From an uncultured Gemmatimonadales bacterium (GTDB taxonomy: Bacteria; Gemmatimonadota; Gemmatimonadetes; Longimicrobiales; RSA9): a stretch of DNA of 64,000 nucleotides. The notes under the pieces were generated by a model. The model was not told where the DNA came from, made no database searches, and worked only from the letters and a program-made list of their open reading frames with translations. Both the position numbers and the translations under genes were made by a program. Below, piece by piece: positions 20,832 through 41,999 of the stretch; within the stretch, counting starts at the first letter, position 1, and each line of letters opens with the position of its first letter. Location of the stretch: NCBI GenBank assembly GCA_963798845.1, contig CAWCUS010000002.1, forward strand, positions 672,001 to 736,000, given 5' to 3'.

Positions 20832-21358
20832 GCAGCGGAACGGGACGGAAGCAGGCGGTGGTGGAGGAGCTGGCCGGGAAGCTGGATGCGGCCAAGGCTT
20901 TCTACCTCACGGACTTCACCGGGCTCAACGTCAAGAAGATGACGACGCTCCGCGCCCGCATGCGGGCGGAGGGCGTGGAGTACCTGGTGGTGAAGAATAC
21001 GCTGGCGCTGCGGGCCCTGGCGGGGCTCGAGGTGCCGGACATCGCGGAGTTCTTCAAGGGCCCGACGGGCGTGGTGATCGGCGTCGAGGATGCCGTCCTC
21101 GCGGCGAGGGTGCTGAACGACTTCGCGAAGGAGAACGACGACCGTCCGTCCGTGAAGGTCGGCGTGGTCGAACGGCAGCGGGTGAGCGCCGAGCAGGTGG
21201 GGCGCCTGGCCAGGCTGCCACCGCGGGACATGCTCCTGGCGGAACTGGCGGGCGCCATGCAGGCCCCGCTGTCACAGCTCGTCTTCCTCATGCAGGCGAA
21301 GCTGAGCGAAATGGTGGGTCTGCTCGAGGCGCTCCGCGCCGAGCGGGAAGGCGCTTAA
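20828..21358 (+). CDS. rplJ: 50S ribosomal protein L10
   Basis: VVKNTLA, FKGPT, LARLPPR; position between rplA and rplL. Confidence 0.97.
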   Translation: MSSGTGRKQAVVEELAGKLDAAKAFYLTDFTGLNVKKMTTLRARMRAEGVEYLVVKNTLALRALAGLEVPDIAEFFKGPTGVVIGVEDAVLAARVLNDFAKENDDRPSVKVGVVERQRVSAEQVGRLARLPPRDMLLAELAGAMQAPLSQLVFLMQAKLSEMVGLLEALRAEREGA

Positions 21359-21380
21359 CCTAGGAACGGGAAGAAGGAAC

Positions 21381-21758
21381 ATGGCCAACAAGGAAGAGCT
21401 GCTCGACGCCATCGGCAACATGACCGTCATGGAGCTGGCGGAGTTCGTCGACGCGTTCAAGGAGAAGTTCGGCGTGACCGCCATGATGGCGGCGCCGGCG
21501 GCGGGCGCCCCGGCGGGCGGGGCTCCGGCCGAGGCGGCCGAGGAGAAGGACGAGTTCGACGTCGTCCTGACCGATATCGGTGGCAAGAAGATCCAGGTGA
21601 TCAAGGTGGTCCGTGAGGTCACGAGCCTGGGGCTGAAGGAAGCCAAGGACCTGGTGGACGGCGCTCCGAGCACGGTGAAGGAAGCCGTGTCGAAGGAGGA
21701 GGCCCAGCAGATCAAGGCGAAGCTGGAGGAGCAGGGCGCCACGGTCGAGCTGAAGTAG
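21381..21758 (+). CDS. rplL: 50S ribosomal protein L7/L12
   Basis: [21 protein letters not shown]. Confidence 0.99.
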   Translation: MANKEELLDAIGNMTVMELAEFVDAFKEKFGVTAMMAAPAAGAPAGGAPAEAAEEKDEFDVVLTDIGGKKIQVIKVVREVTSLGLKEAKDLVDGAPSTVKEAVSKEEAQQIKAKLEEQGATVELK

Positions 21759-21888
21759 CCGGGCCTGCAAGTTCCCCGGGCGGATCGGGTGGTGGCCGAC
21801 GCCGCTCGATCCGCCTTCGCGGGACGACGCACGGCACCGGTCCTTCGGCTGCGAACGAGGCATTAATGCTCTTGGGTTCGAACAAACC

Positions 21889-21940
21889 TACAATTCAGGT
21901 CCGACCGAGCGACCCCGCCCCCCTGAAGGGGTGGCCGGGG
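21889..21940 (+). promoter_or_regulatory. Possible -10 box (TACAAT) and leader hairpin upstream of rpoB
   Basis: AT-rich patch with TACAAT at 21889, followed by a CCCC-TGAA-GGGG hairpin; no clear -35. Confidence 0.35.
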
Positions 21941-21989
21941 CTTTCTGCGCTTGGGCACCGGACCGCGAGTGCTTGAGGAGGGGTCCGTC

Positions 21990-26195
<4,206 letters not shown>

Positions 26196-26209
26196 AGGGA
26201 GAAGACTGA

Positions 26210-30536
<4,327 letters not shown>

Positions 30537-30602
30537 GAAGCGATCGAAGGGAACCCGCGGGCGGGGCGGGAACGGCCGCCACGCAGGGAGTGCGGGGAGA
30601 CC

Positions 30603-30640
30603 AACCCGCCGCGGTCGGCCATGCCGGCCGTGGCGGGTTC
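30603..30640 (+). terminator. Strong GC hairpin downstream of rpoC
   Basis: AACCCGCC-GCGGTCGGC / GCCGGCCGT-GGCGGGTT; no long U-tract. Confidence 0.4.
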
Positions 30641-30670
30641 GTCGCTTCGCCAGCGCCCCGGGGAAAGGCC

Positions 30671-30854
30671 TGACACGAAGGGCTCGAAGGGTCGAAGGGC
30701 TCGAAGTGAGCGGCCGGGTCGGGCGGGTTCGCCGCCCGGGAGACCGCCGGGCAAACCACCAGGGTTGTCCCCTGGCCGGAGTGGCCGCGACGACATCACC
30801 CTCGCACGCGGCGCCCTCCTTCGAGCCCTTCGACCCTTCGAGCCCTTCGTGTCA
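30671..30854. repeat. 184-bp element with perfect 36-bp terminal inverted repeats (MITE/REP-like)
   Basis: TGACACGAAGGGCTCGAAGGGTCGAAGGGCTCGAAG (30671-30706) and its exact reverse complement (30819-30854). Confidence 0.9.
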
Positions 30855-30930
30855 CGCAGTTCCGGAGAGCGTGCCGCCGAAGCCAGGCCCCGCCCCGCTC
30901 CGGCGCCTGGCCGGGCTGGCGGGCCGGGTG

Positions 30931-30959
30931 TTGACACTTCCAGAGCCGCCCTTTACCTT
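30931..30959 (+). promoter_or_regulatory. Sigma70-type promoter of the str operon
   Basis: TTGACA-17 nt-TACCTT upstream of rpsL. Confidence 0.8.
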
Positions 30960-31055
30960 TGCAAGTCTGTCCCGCCTGCGATTGAGGCGGACGCGGCGGG
31001 GGCTCCGGCTCCCGCACTTTTTATCGGAAGCGAATGGCGGGGAAAACGGAAGCGA

Positions 31056-31427
31056 ATGCCGACGATCAATCAGCTCGTGCGCAAGGGTCGCAGGGAGGTC
31101 GGGAAGGCCGACAAGGCGCCCGCGCTCCAGGGGAACCCGCAGCGCCGCGGGGTGTGCACACGCGTGTACACGACCACGCCGAAGAAGCCGAACTCCGCGC
31201 TCCGCAAGGTCGCGCGCGTGCGGCTCACGAACGGGTACGAGGTGACCGCGTACATCCCCGGGGAGGGGCACAACCTCCAGGAGCACTCGATCGTGCTGAT
31301 CCGGGGTGGTCGTGTGAAGGACCTTCCGGGCGTCCGCTACCACATCATCCGCGGTACGCTGGACGCGAGTGGGGTGCAGGACCGGCGCAAGAGCCGATCG
31401 AAGTACGGCGCGAAGAGGCCGAGGTAA
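31056..31427 (+). CDS. rpsL: 30S ribosomal protein S12
   Basis: [31 protein letters not shown]. Confidence 0.99.
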   Translation: MPTINQLVRKGRREVGKADKAPALQGNPQRRGVCTRVYTTTPKKPNSALRKVARVRLTNGYEVTAYIPGEGHNLQEHSIVLIRGGRVKDLPGVRYHIIRGTLDASGVQDRRKSRSKYGAKRPR

Positions 31428-31428
31428 G

Positions 31429-31899
31429 ATGAGCCGACGTACGAGCGCGGTCAGGCGGCAGGTGCCGGAGGATCCGAAGTACGGGTCCGACGTGGCCACG
31501 AAGTTCATCAACAACCTGATGGTGGACGGGAAGAAGTCCGTGTCGGAGCGGATCTTCTACGAAGCCATGCGGGTGATCGAGGAGAAGACCGGTCAGCCGG
31601 CCTTCAAGGTTTTCGAGCAGGGGCTGAACAACGTGAAGCCGGCCGTCGAGGTGAAGAGCCGGCGGGTAGGCGGTGCCACGTACCAGGTCCCGGTGGAAGT
31701 GCGGCCGGAGCGCCGGACGGCGCTCGGGATGCGGTGGCTGATCCAGTTCAGCCGCCAGCGCACGGAGAAGACGATGGCGGAGCGCCTTGCGGCGGAGCTG
31801 CTGTCGGCGAGCCGGAACGAGGGAAGCGCGGTGAAGAAGAAGGACGATACGCACCGCATGGCGGAAGCGAACAAGGCGTTCGCGCACTACCGCTGGTAG
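31429..31899 (+). CDS. rpsG: 30S ribosomal protein S7
   Basis: [27 protein letters not shown]. Confidence 0.99.
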   Translation: MSRRTSAVRRQVPEDPKYGSDVATKFINNLMVDGKKSVSERIFYEAMRVIEEKTGQPAFKVFEQGLNNVKPAVEVKSRRVGGATYQVPVEVRPERRTALGMRWLIQFSRQRTEKTMAERLAAELLSASRNEGSAVKKKDDTHRMAEANKAFAHYRW

Positions 31900-32094
31900 A
31901 AGGAGCTGGTTCTCGGATCGAGAGTCTCCCGGAGGGGTGAGGGGGCGGTCGGAGAAGGACAATCTGGGAGGGTCGCAACCTCGCAGCGCAGGAGCGAGGC
32001 GATGCGGCGAACGCGGGCGGGCCTAGCAGCATGGCCTCGCCCGCGGACTGCTGAAATCCGGGGACCTGAACATCGGGATATCGAGTCTTAGAGC

Positions 32095-34191
32095 ATGCCA
32101 AGGCTGACACCGCTACCGAAGCTTCGGAACATCGGCATCATGGCGCACATCGATGCCGGTAAGACGACGACGACGGAGCGCATCCTGTTCTACACGGGCC
32201 GGGTGCACCGCATGGGCGAGGTGCACGAAGGCGCCGCGACCATGGACTGGATGGAGCAGGAGCAGGAGCGGGGGATCACGATCACGTCGGCGGCGACGAC
32301 GGCGCACTGGAAGCGGCTGGGCGACGAGTACCGGATCAACATCATCGACACCCCCGGCCACGTGGACTTCACCATCGAGGTGGAGCGGAGCCTGCGCGTG
32401 CTGGACGGGTCGGTCGCGGTGTTCTGCGCGGTCGGCGGGGTGGAGCCGCAGTCGGAGACAGTGTGGCGCCAGGCGGACCGCTACGGTGTGCCGCGCATCG
32501 CGTTCGTCAACAAGATGGACCGGGTGGGCGCGGACTTCATGCACGTGGTGGGGATGATCAAGGATCGACTGGGGGCGCGGGCGTTCCCGGTCCAGATCCC
32601 GCTGGGCGAGGGTGAGATGTTCACGGGTCTGGTGGACATCATCGGTCGCAAGGAGCTGGTCTACGACGACGAGACGCTGGGCGCGAAGTGGGAAGAGGGC
32701 CCGGTGCCGGAGTCGCTGAAGGGGCAGGTGGAGACGCTGCGCCGCGAGCTGGTGGAGGCGGCGCTCGAGTTCGATGACGAGCTCATGGAGAGGTACCTGG
32801 AGGGTGAGGAGCTGACGGAGTCGGAGATCCGGCGTGCGGTGCGCAAGGCCACCGGCGCCAACGGGATCGTGCCGGTGCTGTGCGGCTCTGCGTTCAAGAA
32901 CAAGGGCGTCCAGCAGCTGCTGGACGCGGTGGTGGACTACCTGCCGTCGCCGCTGGACGTGCCGCCGATCAGGGGCCACCTCCCGCACCACGATGAGACG
33001 TTCGACACGCGCAAGCCGGAGGATGACGCCCCGTTCGCGGCGCTCGCCTTCAAGATCATGACGGATCCGTACGTGGGGAAGCTCACGTTCTTCCGCGTCT
33101 ACTCGGGGTCGCTGCCGGCGGGGTCGTACGTCTACAACTCGACGCAGGACAAGCGCGAGCGTGTGGGTCGGCTGCTGCAGATGCACGCGAACCACCGTGA
33201 GGAGCGCGAAGAGGTCTATGCCGGTGACATCGCGGCGGCGATCGGGGTTAAGAACGTGCGCACGGGCGACACGCTGTGCGATGCGGACGAGCCGATCATC
33301 CTGGAGGCGATGAAGTTCCCGGAGCCGGTGATCGACCTGGCCATCGAGCCGAAGACGAAGGCGGACCAGGACAAGCTGGGCCAGGGGCTGCAGAAGCTGG
33401 CGGAAGAGGACCCGTCGTTCCGGGTGCATACCGACGAGGAGACGGGGCAGACGATCATCTCCGGCATGGGCGAGCTGCACCTGGAGATCATCGTGGACCG
33501 GCTGCGTCGGGAGTTCCGGGTGGACGCGAACATCGGGCGGCCGCAGGTGGCGTACCGTGAGACCATCCGCAAGAGCGCGCGCGCCGTGGAAGGGAAGTTC
33601 GTCCGGCAGACGGGCGGGCGCGGCCAGTACGGTCACGTGGTGATCAACATCGGGCCGAGCGAACCCGGTGCCGGTTTCGTGTTCGAGGACAAGATCGTGG
33701 GCGGATCGATCCCCCGCGAGTACATCGGTCCGGCGGAGCAGGGGATGAAGGAGGCCATGGCCAACGGTGTACTGGCGGGCTACCCCCTGATCGACATCAA
33801 GGTGGAACTGGTGGACGGCTCCTACCACGACGTGGACTCCAGCGAGATGGCGTTCAAGATCGCCGGCTCCATGGCTCTGAAGGAGGGCGTGAAGCGGGCG
33901 GGCGCCGTGCTGCTCGAGCCTGTCATGGACGTGGAGGTGGTGACCCCCGGTGAGTACATGGGCGACGTGATGGGCGATCTCTCGAGCCGCCGCGGCAAGA
34001 TCGGCGGGATGACGCAGCGGGCGCAGGCGCAGGTGATCGGGGCGAGCGTGCCACTGGCCGAGATGTTCGGGTACTCGACCACGCTGCGCTCGATCACGCA
34101 GGGCCGGGCTGTATCGTCAATGCAGTTCTCTCGATACGAGGAAGTGCCGAAGTCGAAGGCCGAAGAGATCATCTCCCAGGTCAACGGATAA
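32095..34191 (+). CDS. fusA: Elongation factor G
   Basis: [31 protein letters not shown]. Confidence 0.99.
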   Translation: MPRLTPLPKLRNIGIMAHIDAGKTTTTERILFYTGRVHRMGEVHEGAATMDWMEQEQERGITITSAATTAHWKRLGDEYRINIIDTPGHVDFTIEVERSLRVLDGSVAVFCAVGGVEPQSETVWRQADRYGVPRIAFVNKMDRVGADFMHVVGMIKDRLGARAFPVQIPLGEGEMFTGLVDIIGRKELVYDDETLGAKWEEGPVPESLKGQVETLRRELVEAALEFDDELMERYLEGEELTESEIRRAVRKATGANGIVPVLCGSAFKNKGVQQLLDAVVDYLPSPLDVPPIRGHLPHHDETFDTRKPEDDAPFAALAFKIMTDPYVGKLTFFRVYSGSLPAGSYVYNSTQDKRERVGRLLQMHANHREEREEVYAGDIAAAIGVKNVRTGDTLCDADEPIILEAMKFPEPVIDLAIEPKTKADQDKLGQGLQKLAEEDPSFRVHTDEETGQTIISGMGELHLEIIVDRLRREFRVDANIGRPQVAYRETIRKSARAVEGKFVRQTGGRGQYGHVVINIGPSEPGAGFVFEDKIVGGSIPREYIGPAEQGMKEAMANGVLAGYPLIDIKVELVDGSYHDVDSSEMAFKIAGSMALKEGVKRAGAVLLEPVMDVEVVTPGEYMGDVMGDLSSRRGKIGGMTQRAQAQVIGASVPLAEMFGYSTTLRSITQGRAVSSMQFSRYEEVPKSKAEEIISQVNG

Positions 34192-34203
34192 GCGAGGGAA
34201 GCG

Positions 34204-35391
<1,188 letters not shown>

Positions 35392-35405
35392 GGGCGGAGA
35401 ACGCA

Positions 35406-35717
35406 ATGGCGCAGGACAAGATCCGGATCAGGCTGAAGGCGTACGATCACGCGGTGATCGATCAGACGGCTTCCGACATCGTTCGCACGGCGGAGAAGAC
35501 GGGGGCGCGTGTGAGCGGGCCGATCCCGCTGCCGACGCGCATCCAGCGCTGGACGGTGCTGCGCTCGCCGCACATCGACAAGAAGAGCCGCGAGCAGTTC
35601 GAGCAGCGGACGCACAAGCGCGTCATCGACATTTTCGACTCACGGCCCCAGACGATCGACGCGCTGACCAAGCTGGATCTTCCGGCGGGCGTGGACGTCG
35701 AAATCAAGGTGGACTGA
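35406..35717 (+). CDS. rpsJ: 30S ribosomal protein S10
   Basis: [27 protein letters not shown]. Confidence 0.99.
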   Translation: MAQDKIRIRLKAYDHAVIDQTASDIVRTAEKTGARVSGPIPLPTRIQRWTVLRSPHIDKKSREQFEQRTHKRVIDIFDSRPQTIDALTKLDLPAGVDVEIKVD

Positions 35718-35721
35718 GGTC

Positions 35722-36342
35722 ATGGCTGGATTGATTGGTCGCAAGCTGGGCATGACCCAGCTGTTCGACGATGAAGGCGCGGCGATCCCGGTTACGGTGA
35801 TCCAGGCGGGTCCCTGCCCGGTGGTCCAGGTGAAGACCGAGGCGACGGATGGCTACGAGGCGATCCAGCTCGGGTTCGACGCGCGCAAGGAGAAGCACTC
35901 CACCAGCGCGACGCGCGGACACGCAGCGAAGGCCGGGCTGGATGCCGCGCCGGTGGTGCTGCGCGAGTTGCGGGTGGACAACGCCAGCGACTACGAGGCC
36001 GGTCAGGAGATGACGGTCGAGCAGTTCGAGGTGGGCCAGCGGGTCAAGGTGACCGGGACCACCAAGGGCCGGGGCTTCCAGGGCGTGGTCAAGCGGCACG
36101 GCTTCGGCGGCCGTCCCGGCGGCCACGGCCATCCCATGTCGCGCAATCCCGGGTCCATCGGGCCGGGGACGAATCCGTCGCGCGTGATCAAGGGGAAGAA
36201 GCTGCCCGGCCAGATGGGCAACGCGCGGCACACCATCCGGAACCTGCGGGTGGAGCGCGTGGACGCGGAACGCAACCTGATCTTTCTGCGCGGCTCGGTA
36301 CCGGGGGCGAGGAACGCCACCGTGCTGATCCGTCTGCAGTAA
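35722..36342 (+). CDS. rplC: 50S ribosomal protein L3
   Basis: GRKLGMTQ, KGRGFQGVVKRHGF. Confidence 0.99.
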   Translation: MAGLIGRKLGMTQLFDDEGAAIPVTVIQAGPCPVVQVKTEATDGYEAIQLGFDARKEKHSTSATRGHAAKAGLDAAPVVLRELRVDNASDYEAGQEMTVEQFEVGQRVKVTGTTKGRGFQGVVKRHGFGGRPGGHGHPMSRNPGSIGPGTNPSRVIKGKKLPGQMGNARHTIRNLRVERVDAERNLIFLRGSVPGARNATVLIRLQ

Positions 36343-36363
36343 GCGGGACGGGAGCAAACGAGG

Positions 36364-36990
36364 ATGAAGGCACCAATCATCACCATCGAGGGTGCGCGCG
36401 AAGGCGAGCGGGATCTTCCCGAGTCGCTGTTCGACGGCGTGGTCCACGAGCCGGCGATGTGGCAGGCGGTGAAGGCGTACCTGGCCAATCAGCGCCAGGC
36501 CACCGCGTCCACCAAGACCCGCGCGGACGTGAGCGGCGGGAACCACAAGCCGTGGCGCCAGAAGGGCACCGGCCGCGCCCGCCAGGGGAGCATTCGCTCG
36601 GCCCAGTGGCGCGGCGGCGGCAACGTGTTCGGACCGAGGCCCGGGCGGAACTACAAGGAAGCCGTGCCGAAGAAGCTGAAGTGGCTGGCGCGCCGCTCGG
36701 CGTACAACGCGCGGGCACTGGACGGGCGGCTGCTCGTGCTCCAGGCGTTGGACCTGGACGCACCGAAGACGAAGGCGATCGTCCGCATGCTCGGCGGCGC
36801 CGAGATCATCGGCAACGTCCTGCTCCTGACCGATGGCCACAAGCCCATGGTGTGGAAGTCCGCGCGCAACCTCCAGGGTGTCCAGGTGGCCCCGTTCGGC
36901 GAGGAGACGACCTACGACGTGCTCTGGGCCGACACGGTGATCATCGAGGACGGGGCGCTGGAACGCGCCGTGGAGGTGGCCCATGCGTGA
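36364..36990 (+). CDS. rplD: 50S ribosomal protein L4
   Basis: [14 protein letters not shown]. Confidence 0.99.
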   Translation: MKAPIITIEGAREGERDLPESLFDGVVHEPAMWQAVKAYLANQRQATASTKTRADVSGGNHKPWRQKGTGRARQGSIRSAQWRGGGNVFGPRPGRNYKEAVPKKLKWLARRSAYNARALDGRLLVLQALDLDAPKTKAIVRMLGGAEIIGNVLLLTDGHKPMVWKSARNLQGVQVAPFGEETTYDVLWADTVIIEDGALERAVEVAHA

Positions 36991-37273
36991 TGCCCGCGAC
37001 GTGATCGTCCGTCCAGTGGTGACGGAGCGCAGCACCGTCATGGCCGATGAGCAGGATGCGTTCACCTTCATCGTGGCCACGGATGCGAACAAGATCGACA
37101 TCCGCCGGGCCGTCGAGCAGCTGTTCGACGTGAAGGTGAAGTCCGTGCGCACCATGCGGTACCGCGGCAAGACGCGGCGCGTCGGCCGGAACGTGGGCCG
37201 CCGCGCCGGCTTCAAGAAGGCGATCGTGAAGCTCGCCGAGGGCGAGCGCATCGACGTGTACGAGGGGATCTGA
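36983..37273 (+). CDS. rplW: 50S ribosomal protein L23
   Basis: [24 protein letters not shown]. Confidence 0.98.
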   Translation: MRDARDVIVRPVVTERSTVMADEQDAFTFIVATDANKIDIRRAVEQLFDVKVKSVRTMRYRGKTRRVGRNVGRRAGFKKAIVKLAEGERIDVYEGI

Positions 37274-38115
37274 TGCCGATCAAGAAGTTCAAGGCGATCA
37301 CGCCCGGCACCCGCTTCCGGTCCGTCACCGCCACCGGCGACGTGGTCACACGGAGCGAGCCCGAGCGGTCGCTGACGGAGCCCGTGCGGAAGAAGGGCGG
37401 GCGCAACCACCACGGCCACGTGACCATGCGACGGCGGGGTGGCGGCCACAAGCGTCGCTATCGCAAGATCGACTTCAAGCGGGACAAGCATGGGGTGCCC
37501 GGGCGTGTTGCGGAGATCGAATACGATCCGAACCGCACCGCGCACATCGCGCTGATCCACTACGCCGACGGCGAGAAGCGCTACATCCTGCACCCGGTGG
37601 GGCTGGAGCAGGGGGCGACGATCGTGAGCGGACCGGGCTCGGACCCGCGGGTCGGGAACGCGCTCCCGCTGGGGGAGATTCCGCTGGGCAGCACAGTGCA
37701 CTGCGTGGAGCTGAAGCCGGGCAAGGGTGCGCAGGTCGTCCGCAGCGCGGGCTCGGGCGCCCAGGTGATGGCGAAGGAGGGCGAGTTCGTGACGCTGCGC
37801 CTGCCGTCCACGGAAGTGCGGATGGTGCGGCGCAACTGCATGGCCACGCTCGGTCAGGTGGGGAACACGGACCACGAGCTCCAGGTGCTGGGGAAGGCGG
37901 GCGCGTCGCGCTGGCGGGGTCGTCGTCCGAAGGTGCGGGGCGTGGCCATGAACCCGGTGGACCATCCGCTGGGTGGTGGCGAGGGGCGCTCGAGCGGTGG
38001 TCGTCCGCCCACGTCGCCCTGGGGGAAGCCCGAGGGGAAGAAGACGCGGAAGCGGAAGAAGGAGTCCAGCAAGTACATCGTGCGCGGTCGCAAGCGCGGG
38101 AAGTCGACGAAGTAG
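37273..38115 (+). CDS. rplB: 50S ribosomal protein L2
   Basis: [19 protein letters not shown]. Confidence 0.99.
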   Translation: MPIKKFKAITPGTRFRSVTATGDVVTRSEPERSLTEPVRKKGGRNHHGHVTMRRRGGGHKRRYRKIDFKRDKHGVPGRVAEIEYDPNRTAHIALIHYADGEKRYILHPVGLEQGATIVSGPGSDPRVGNALPLGEIPLGSTVHCVELKPGKGAQVVRSAGSGAQVMAKEGEFVTLRLPSTEVRMVRRNCMATLGQVGNTDHELQVLGKAGASRWRGRRPKVRGVAMNPVDHPLGGGEGRSSGGRPPTSPWGKPEGKKTRKRKKESSKYIVRGRKRGKSTK

Positions 38116-38123
38116 GAGAGCCA

Positions 38124-38408
38124 ATGTCACGTTCCATCAAGAAGGGCCCGTACATCGATGACAAGCTTCTCCTGAAGGTCGAGAAGATGAACTCGCGCAA
38201 CGAGAAGCGGGTGGTCAAGACGTGGGCGAGGGCGTCCACGATCTCCCCGGAGTTCGTGGGGCACACGCTGGCGGTGCACAACGGCAACAAGTTCATCCCG
38301 GTCTACATCACGGAGAACATGGTCGGGCACAAGCTCGGCGAGTTCGCGCCGACCCGGCTGTTCCGCGGTCATGGCGGGCGGCTGGCCGACAAGCGGTCGA
38401 GGATGTGA
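38124..38408 (+). CDS. rpsS: 30S ribosomal protein S19
   Basis: [12 protein letters not shown]. Confidence 0.99.
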   Translation: MSRSIKKGPYIDDKLLLKVEKMNSRNEKRVVKTWARASTISPEFVGHTLAVHNGNKFIPVYITENMVGHKLGEFAPTRLFRGHGGRLADKRSRM

Positions 38409-38758
38409 TGGAAGCGAAGGCGATTTCCCGGGACATCCGGCAGAGTCCGCGCAAGATGCGGCTCGTGGTGGATCTGATCCGCGGGCGCAGCGTGAACGAC
38501 GCGTACGCGGTGCTGCAGTTCACGAAGAAGCGGTCGGCGACGGCGATCGACAAGACGCTGCGCAGCGCGGTGGCGAATGCTCGTCACAAGGCGGAGCGGG
38601 CGGGCGAGCTCGTGGACGTGGACGAGCTGTACGTGAAGGAGGCGTTCGTGGACGAGGGGCCGTACTACAAGCGGTGGAGGGCGGCGGCCATGGGTCGGCC
38701 GGCGCCGATCCGTCGGCCCACCGCGCACGTGACCGTCGTCGTGGACACGAAGGAGTAA
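38408..38758 (+). CDS. rplV: 50S ribosomal protein L22
   Basis: [19 protein letters not shown]. Confidence 0.98.
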   Translation: MEAKAISRDIRQSPRKMRLVVDLIRGRSVNDAYAVLQFTKKRSATAIDKTLRSAVANARHKAERAGELVDVDELYVKEAFVDEGPYYKRWRAAAMGRPAPIRRPTAHVTVVVDTKE

Positions 38759-38759
38759 G

Positions 38760-39416
38760 ATGGGTCAGAAGACACACCCCCGGGGCTTCCGCCTCGGCGT
38801 GATCAAGCCGTGGAAGAGCCGCTGGTACGCGGAGCGGAATTTCGACGGACTGCTGCGGGAAGACGAGACGATCCGGAAGTACCTGCACCGGCGGCTGGCA
38901 CACGCGGCGGTGGCGGAAGTCGAGATCGAACGCAAGCCGCAGAAGATCGTGGTGACCGTACACACGGCGCGGCCGGGCGTGGTGATCGGCAAGCAGGGGA
39001 GCGAAGTCGACAAGCTCCGCGACGAGCTGGCGCACCTGACCAAGAGCGAGGTCTCCATCAACGTGGAGGAGATCAAGCGGCCGGAGATCGACGCGCAGCT
39101 TGTGGCGGACAACGTCGCGCACCAGCTCACGCAGCGGATCAGCTTCCGCCGGGCCATGAAGCGGGCGGTGCAGAGCGCCATGCGGAGCGGGGCGGAAGGG
39201 ATCAAGATCCAGTGCGGCGGCCGCCTGGGCGGGGCCGAGATCGCGCGGACGGAAGGGTACCACGAGGGGCGGGTCCCGCTGCACACGCTCCGGGCCGACA
39301 TCGATTACGCGCGGTCGACGGCGAAGACGACGTATGGGACCATCGGCGTGAAGGTCTGGATCTTCAAGGGTGAAGTGATGGAGACGCCGCGTGGTCGCAC
39401 CTACTCGACGGCTTGA
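38760..39416 (+). CDS. rpsC: 30S ribosomal protein S3
   Basis: [26 protein letters not shown]. Confidence 0.99.
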   Translation: MGQKTHPRGFRLGVIKPWKSRWYAERNFDGLLREDETIRKYLHRRLAHAAVAEVEIERKPQKIVVTVHTARPGVVIGKQGSEVDKLRDELAHLTKSEVSINVEEIKRPEIDAQLVADNVAHQLTQRISFRRAMKRAVQSAMRSGAEGIKIQCGGRLGGAEIARTEGYHEGRVPLHTLRADIDYARSTAKTTYGTIGVKVWIFKGEVMETPRGRTYSTA

Positions 39417-39436
39417 GGAAGGGCTGAGGTAGAGAG

Positions 39437-39862
39437 ATGCTGGCGCCGAAGAGAGTGAAGTACCGGAAGCAGATGAAAGGCCACACGCGCGGTATGGCCC
39501 ATCGCGGGAACACGGTCGCGTTCGGCGACTATGGCCTTCAGAGCACGGATCCCGGTTGGGTGACGAACCGGCAGATCGAGGCGGCCCGTGTGGCGATGAC
39601 GCGCCACATCAAGCGGGGCGGCAAGGTCTGGATCCGAATCTTCCCCGACAAGCCGGTGACGAAGAAGCCGGCGGAGACCCGCATGGGGAAGGGGAAGGGG
39701 AATCCGGAGTACTGGGTGGCGGTGGTGAAGCCGGGGCGGATGATGTTCGAGCTCGAGGGCGTGCCGGAGAACGTAGCGCGCCGGGCGTTCGAGCTGGCCT
39801 CGGCAAAGCTGCCCGTGAAGAGCCGGTTCGTGATCCGTTCGCAGCACGGAGGTGAGGCGTGA
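39437..39862 (+). CDS. rplP: 50S ribosomal protein L16
   Basis: [16 protein letters not shown]. Confidence 0.99.
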   Translation: MLAPKRVKYRKQMKGHTRGMAHRGNTVAFGDYGLQSTDPGWVTNRQIEAARVAMTRHIKRGGKVWIRIFPDKPVTKKPAETRMGKGKGNPEYWVAVVKPGRMMFELEGVPENVARRAFELASAKLPVKSRFVIRSQHGGEA

Positions 39863-40062
39863 GGCCGGAGGAGATCCGGGATCTGGCGGATCCCGACATC
39901 GAGGAGAAGATCACGGAGGCACAGGAGGAGCTGTTCCGTCTGCGCTTCCGCAGCGCCACACAGCTGCTCGAGAACCCGATGCTCGTGCGCACGCTCCGTC
40001 GCGACATTGCGCGCATGAAGACCATCATGCGGGAGCGCGAGCTCGAGAAGGCGGAGGGCTGA
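39859..40062 (+). CDS. rpmC: 50S ribosomal protein L29
   Basis: [20 protein letters not shown]. Confidence 0.97.
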   Translation: MRPEEIRDLADPDIEEKITEAQEELFRLRFRSATQLLENPMLVRTLRRDIARMKTIMRERELEKAEG

Positions 40063-40063
40063 G

Positions 40064-40336
40064 ATGGCTGAGATGGCGGAGAACACACGGAACAACCGCA
40101 AGACGCGGATCGGCGTGGTCGTCGGCGACCGGATGAACAAGACGGTCGTGGTCGCCGTGGAGCGCCGCAGCGCGCACCCGATCTACGGCAAACAGGTTCT
40201 CAGGACGAAGAAGTTCCACGCCCACGACGAGGAGAACCAGGCCCGGACGGGGGACAAGGTGCGGATCATGGAGACGCGGCCGATGTCGAAGACCAAGCGC
40301 TGGCGTGTGGTCGAAATCGTGGCGCGGGCGAAGTGA
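40064..40336 (+). CDS. rpsQ: 30S ribosomal protein S17
   Basis: [24 protein letters not shown]; start may be 40073. Confidence 0.98.
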   Translation: MAEMAENTRNNRKTRIGVVVGDRMNKTVVVAVERRSAHPIYGKQVLRTKKFHAHDEENQARTGDKVRIMETRPMSKTKRWRVVEIVARAK

Positions 40337-40343
40337 GGCAACG

Positions 40344-40712
40344 ATGATCCAGCAGGAGTCGATGGTCCGGATCGCCGACAACAGCGGCGCCAAGCAGGCG
40401 AAGTGCATACGCGTGCTCGGCGGCTCGCGGCGGCGTTACGCCCGCGTGGGCGACGTCATCGTGGTGGCGGTGAAGGACGCGCTGCCCGATGGCACGGTGA
40501 AGAAGGGGGAAGTGGCGAAGGCGGTGGTGGTGCGCACGGCGAAGGAAATGCGTCGCAAGGATGGCAGCTACATCCGGTTCGACGACAACGCGGCCGTGAT
40601 CATCAACGACGCCGGCGAGCCGCGCGCGACGCGCATCTTCGGCCCCGTGGGCCGGGAGCTCCGCGAGAAGCGCTTCATGAAGATCGTGTCGCTGGCCCCG
40701 GAGGTGATCTGA
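40344..40712 (+). CDS. rplN: 50S ribosomal protein L14
   Basis: ADNSGAK, FDDNAAV, SLAPEV. Confidence 0.99.
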   Translation: MIQQESMVRIADNSGAKQAKCIRVLGGSRRRYARVGDVIVVAVKDALPDGTVKKGEVAKAVVVRTAKEMRRKDGSYIRFDDNAAVIINDAGEPRATRIFGPVGRELREKRFMKIVSLAPEVI

Positions 40713-41095
40713 TGCCGCGTTTCATGCCGGGGATGCACCGGGCGACCGGGGGCAAGAAGAAGGCAGGCAAGATGGGCGTCCGGCGGGGAGACCGGGTGAA
40801 GGTGATCCGGGGCAACTTCGCCGGAACGGAGGGGACCGTGCTGCGGGTGCTGCCGAAGGAGAACCGGATCGTGGTGGAGGGAGTGAACATCCGCAAGCAC
40901 CACGCGCGCCCGACGGAGCAGAATCCCGAGGGCGGGATCATGGAGTACGAGGAGCCGATCCACGCGTCCAACGTGCTGCTCATCGACCCGAGCACAGGCG
41001 AGCCGACGCGCGTTCGATACCGCGTGGAGGACGACGGGACGAAGGAGCGGATCTCGGCGAAGAGCGGGAATCCGATCCCGAAGGCGCAGGACTGA
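40712..41095 (+). CDS. rplX: 50S ribosomal protein L24
   Basis: [21 protein letters not shown]. Confidence 0.97.
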   Translation: MPRFMPGMHRATGGKKKAGKMGVRRGDRVKVIRGNFAGTEGTVLRVLPKENRIVVEGVNIRKHHARPTEQNPEGGIMEYEEPIHASNVLLIDPSTGEPTRVRYRVEDDGTKERISAKSGNPIPKAQD

Positions 41096-41111
41096 GGAGA
41101 GCTCGAGAGCA

Positions 41112-41705
41112 ATGAAGCCGAGACTGCAGAAGCATTACGAGGAGCGGGTCACGCCGCGGCTCATGGACGAGTTCGAGTTCGACAACCCGTACCGCGTCCC
41201 GCGGCTCGAGAAGATCGTGCTCAACGTCGGCATGGGCGAGGCGGCGAGAAACCCGAAGCTGCTGGACGTGGTGGTGGACGAGCTGGGGCAGATCACCGGT
41301 CAGAAGCCCGTGGTGACGAAGGCCCGGAAGTCCATCTCGAACTTCGGGCTGCGCGAGAACATGCCCGTGGGGGCGAAGGTCACGCTCCGGCGGCAGCGCA
41401 TGTACGAGTTCCTGGATCGCCTGGTCAACGTGGCGATGCCGCGGATCCGCGACTTCCGCGGGCTGCCGACGCGCGCGTTCGACGGCCGGGGCAACTACAC
41501 GATGGGCGTGAAGGAGCAGCTGATCTTCCCGGAGATCGAGTACGACAAGGTGGAAACCATGCATGGCATGGACATCGTGCTGGTCACCAGCACCGACAAG
41601 GACGACGAGGCGTTCGCGCTCCTGCGCGAAATGGGGCTGCCCTTCCGGGGCGGCACGCCGGTCGTGGTCGGGGGTGAGGACATCGCCGGCCCGGCGGAGG
41701 AATAG
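41112..41705 (+). CDS. rplE: 50S ribosomal protein L5
   Basis: [21 protein letters not shown]. Confidence 0.99.
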   Translation: MKPRLQKHYEERVTPRLMDEFEFDNPYRVPRLEKIVLNVGMGEAARNPKLLDVVVDELGQITGQKPVVTKARKSISNFGLRENMPVGAKVTLRRQRMYEFLDRLVNVAMPRIRDFRGLPTRAFDGRGNYTMGVKEQLIFPEIEYDKVETMHGMDIVLVTSTDKDDEAFALLREMGLPFRGGTPVVVGGEDIAGPAEE

Positions 41706-41713
41706 GGGAGCGC

Positions 41714-41905
41714 ATGGCACGCAAGTCACAGTTGGAGAAGCAGCGGAACCCGAAGCGGCTCAAGTACTCGGTGCGGCAGAACAACCGGTGCAACCGGTGT
41801 GGCCGCGCGCGGGCGTACTACCGGAAGTTCGGCATATGCCGGATCTGTTTCCGGGAGATGGCGCTGAAAGGCGAGATCCCCGGGGTTCGCAAGGCGAGCT
41901 GGTGA
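41714..41905 (+). CDS. rpsN: 30S ribosomal protein S14 (type Z, Zn-binding)
   Basis: RCNRCGR...ICRICFRE...IPGVRKASW. Confidence 0.98.
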   Translation: MARKSQLEKQRNPKRLKYSVRQNNRCNRCGRARAYYRKFGICRICFREMALKGEIPGVRKASW

Positions 41906-41910
41906 GCGAG

Positions 41911-41945
41911 ATTCGAAGTTCGAGCTTCGGATTTCGAACTTCTAC
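41911..41945. repeat. Degenerate 7-nt tandem repeat (NTTCGRR) that also forms a palindrome
   Basis: ATTCGAA GTTCGAG CTTCGGA TTTCGAA CTTCTAC; GAAGTTCGA/TCGAACTTC inverted repeat. Confidence 0.75.
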
Positions 41946-41999
41946 AAGTCCGGCACGCGAGAGCGGACGGCCGGATACTATAGGAGCAGGTGAACGAAC

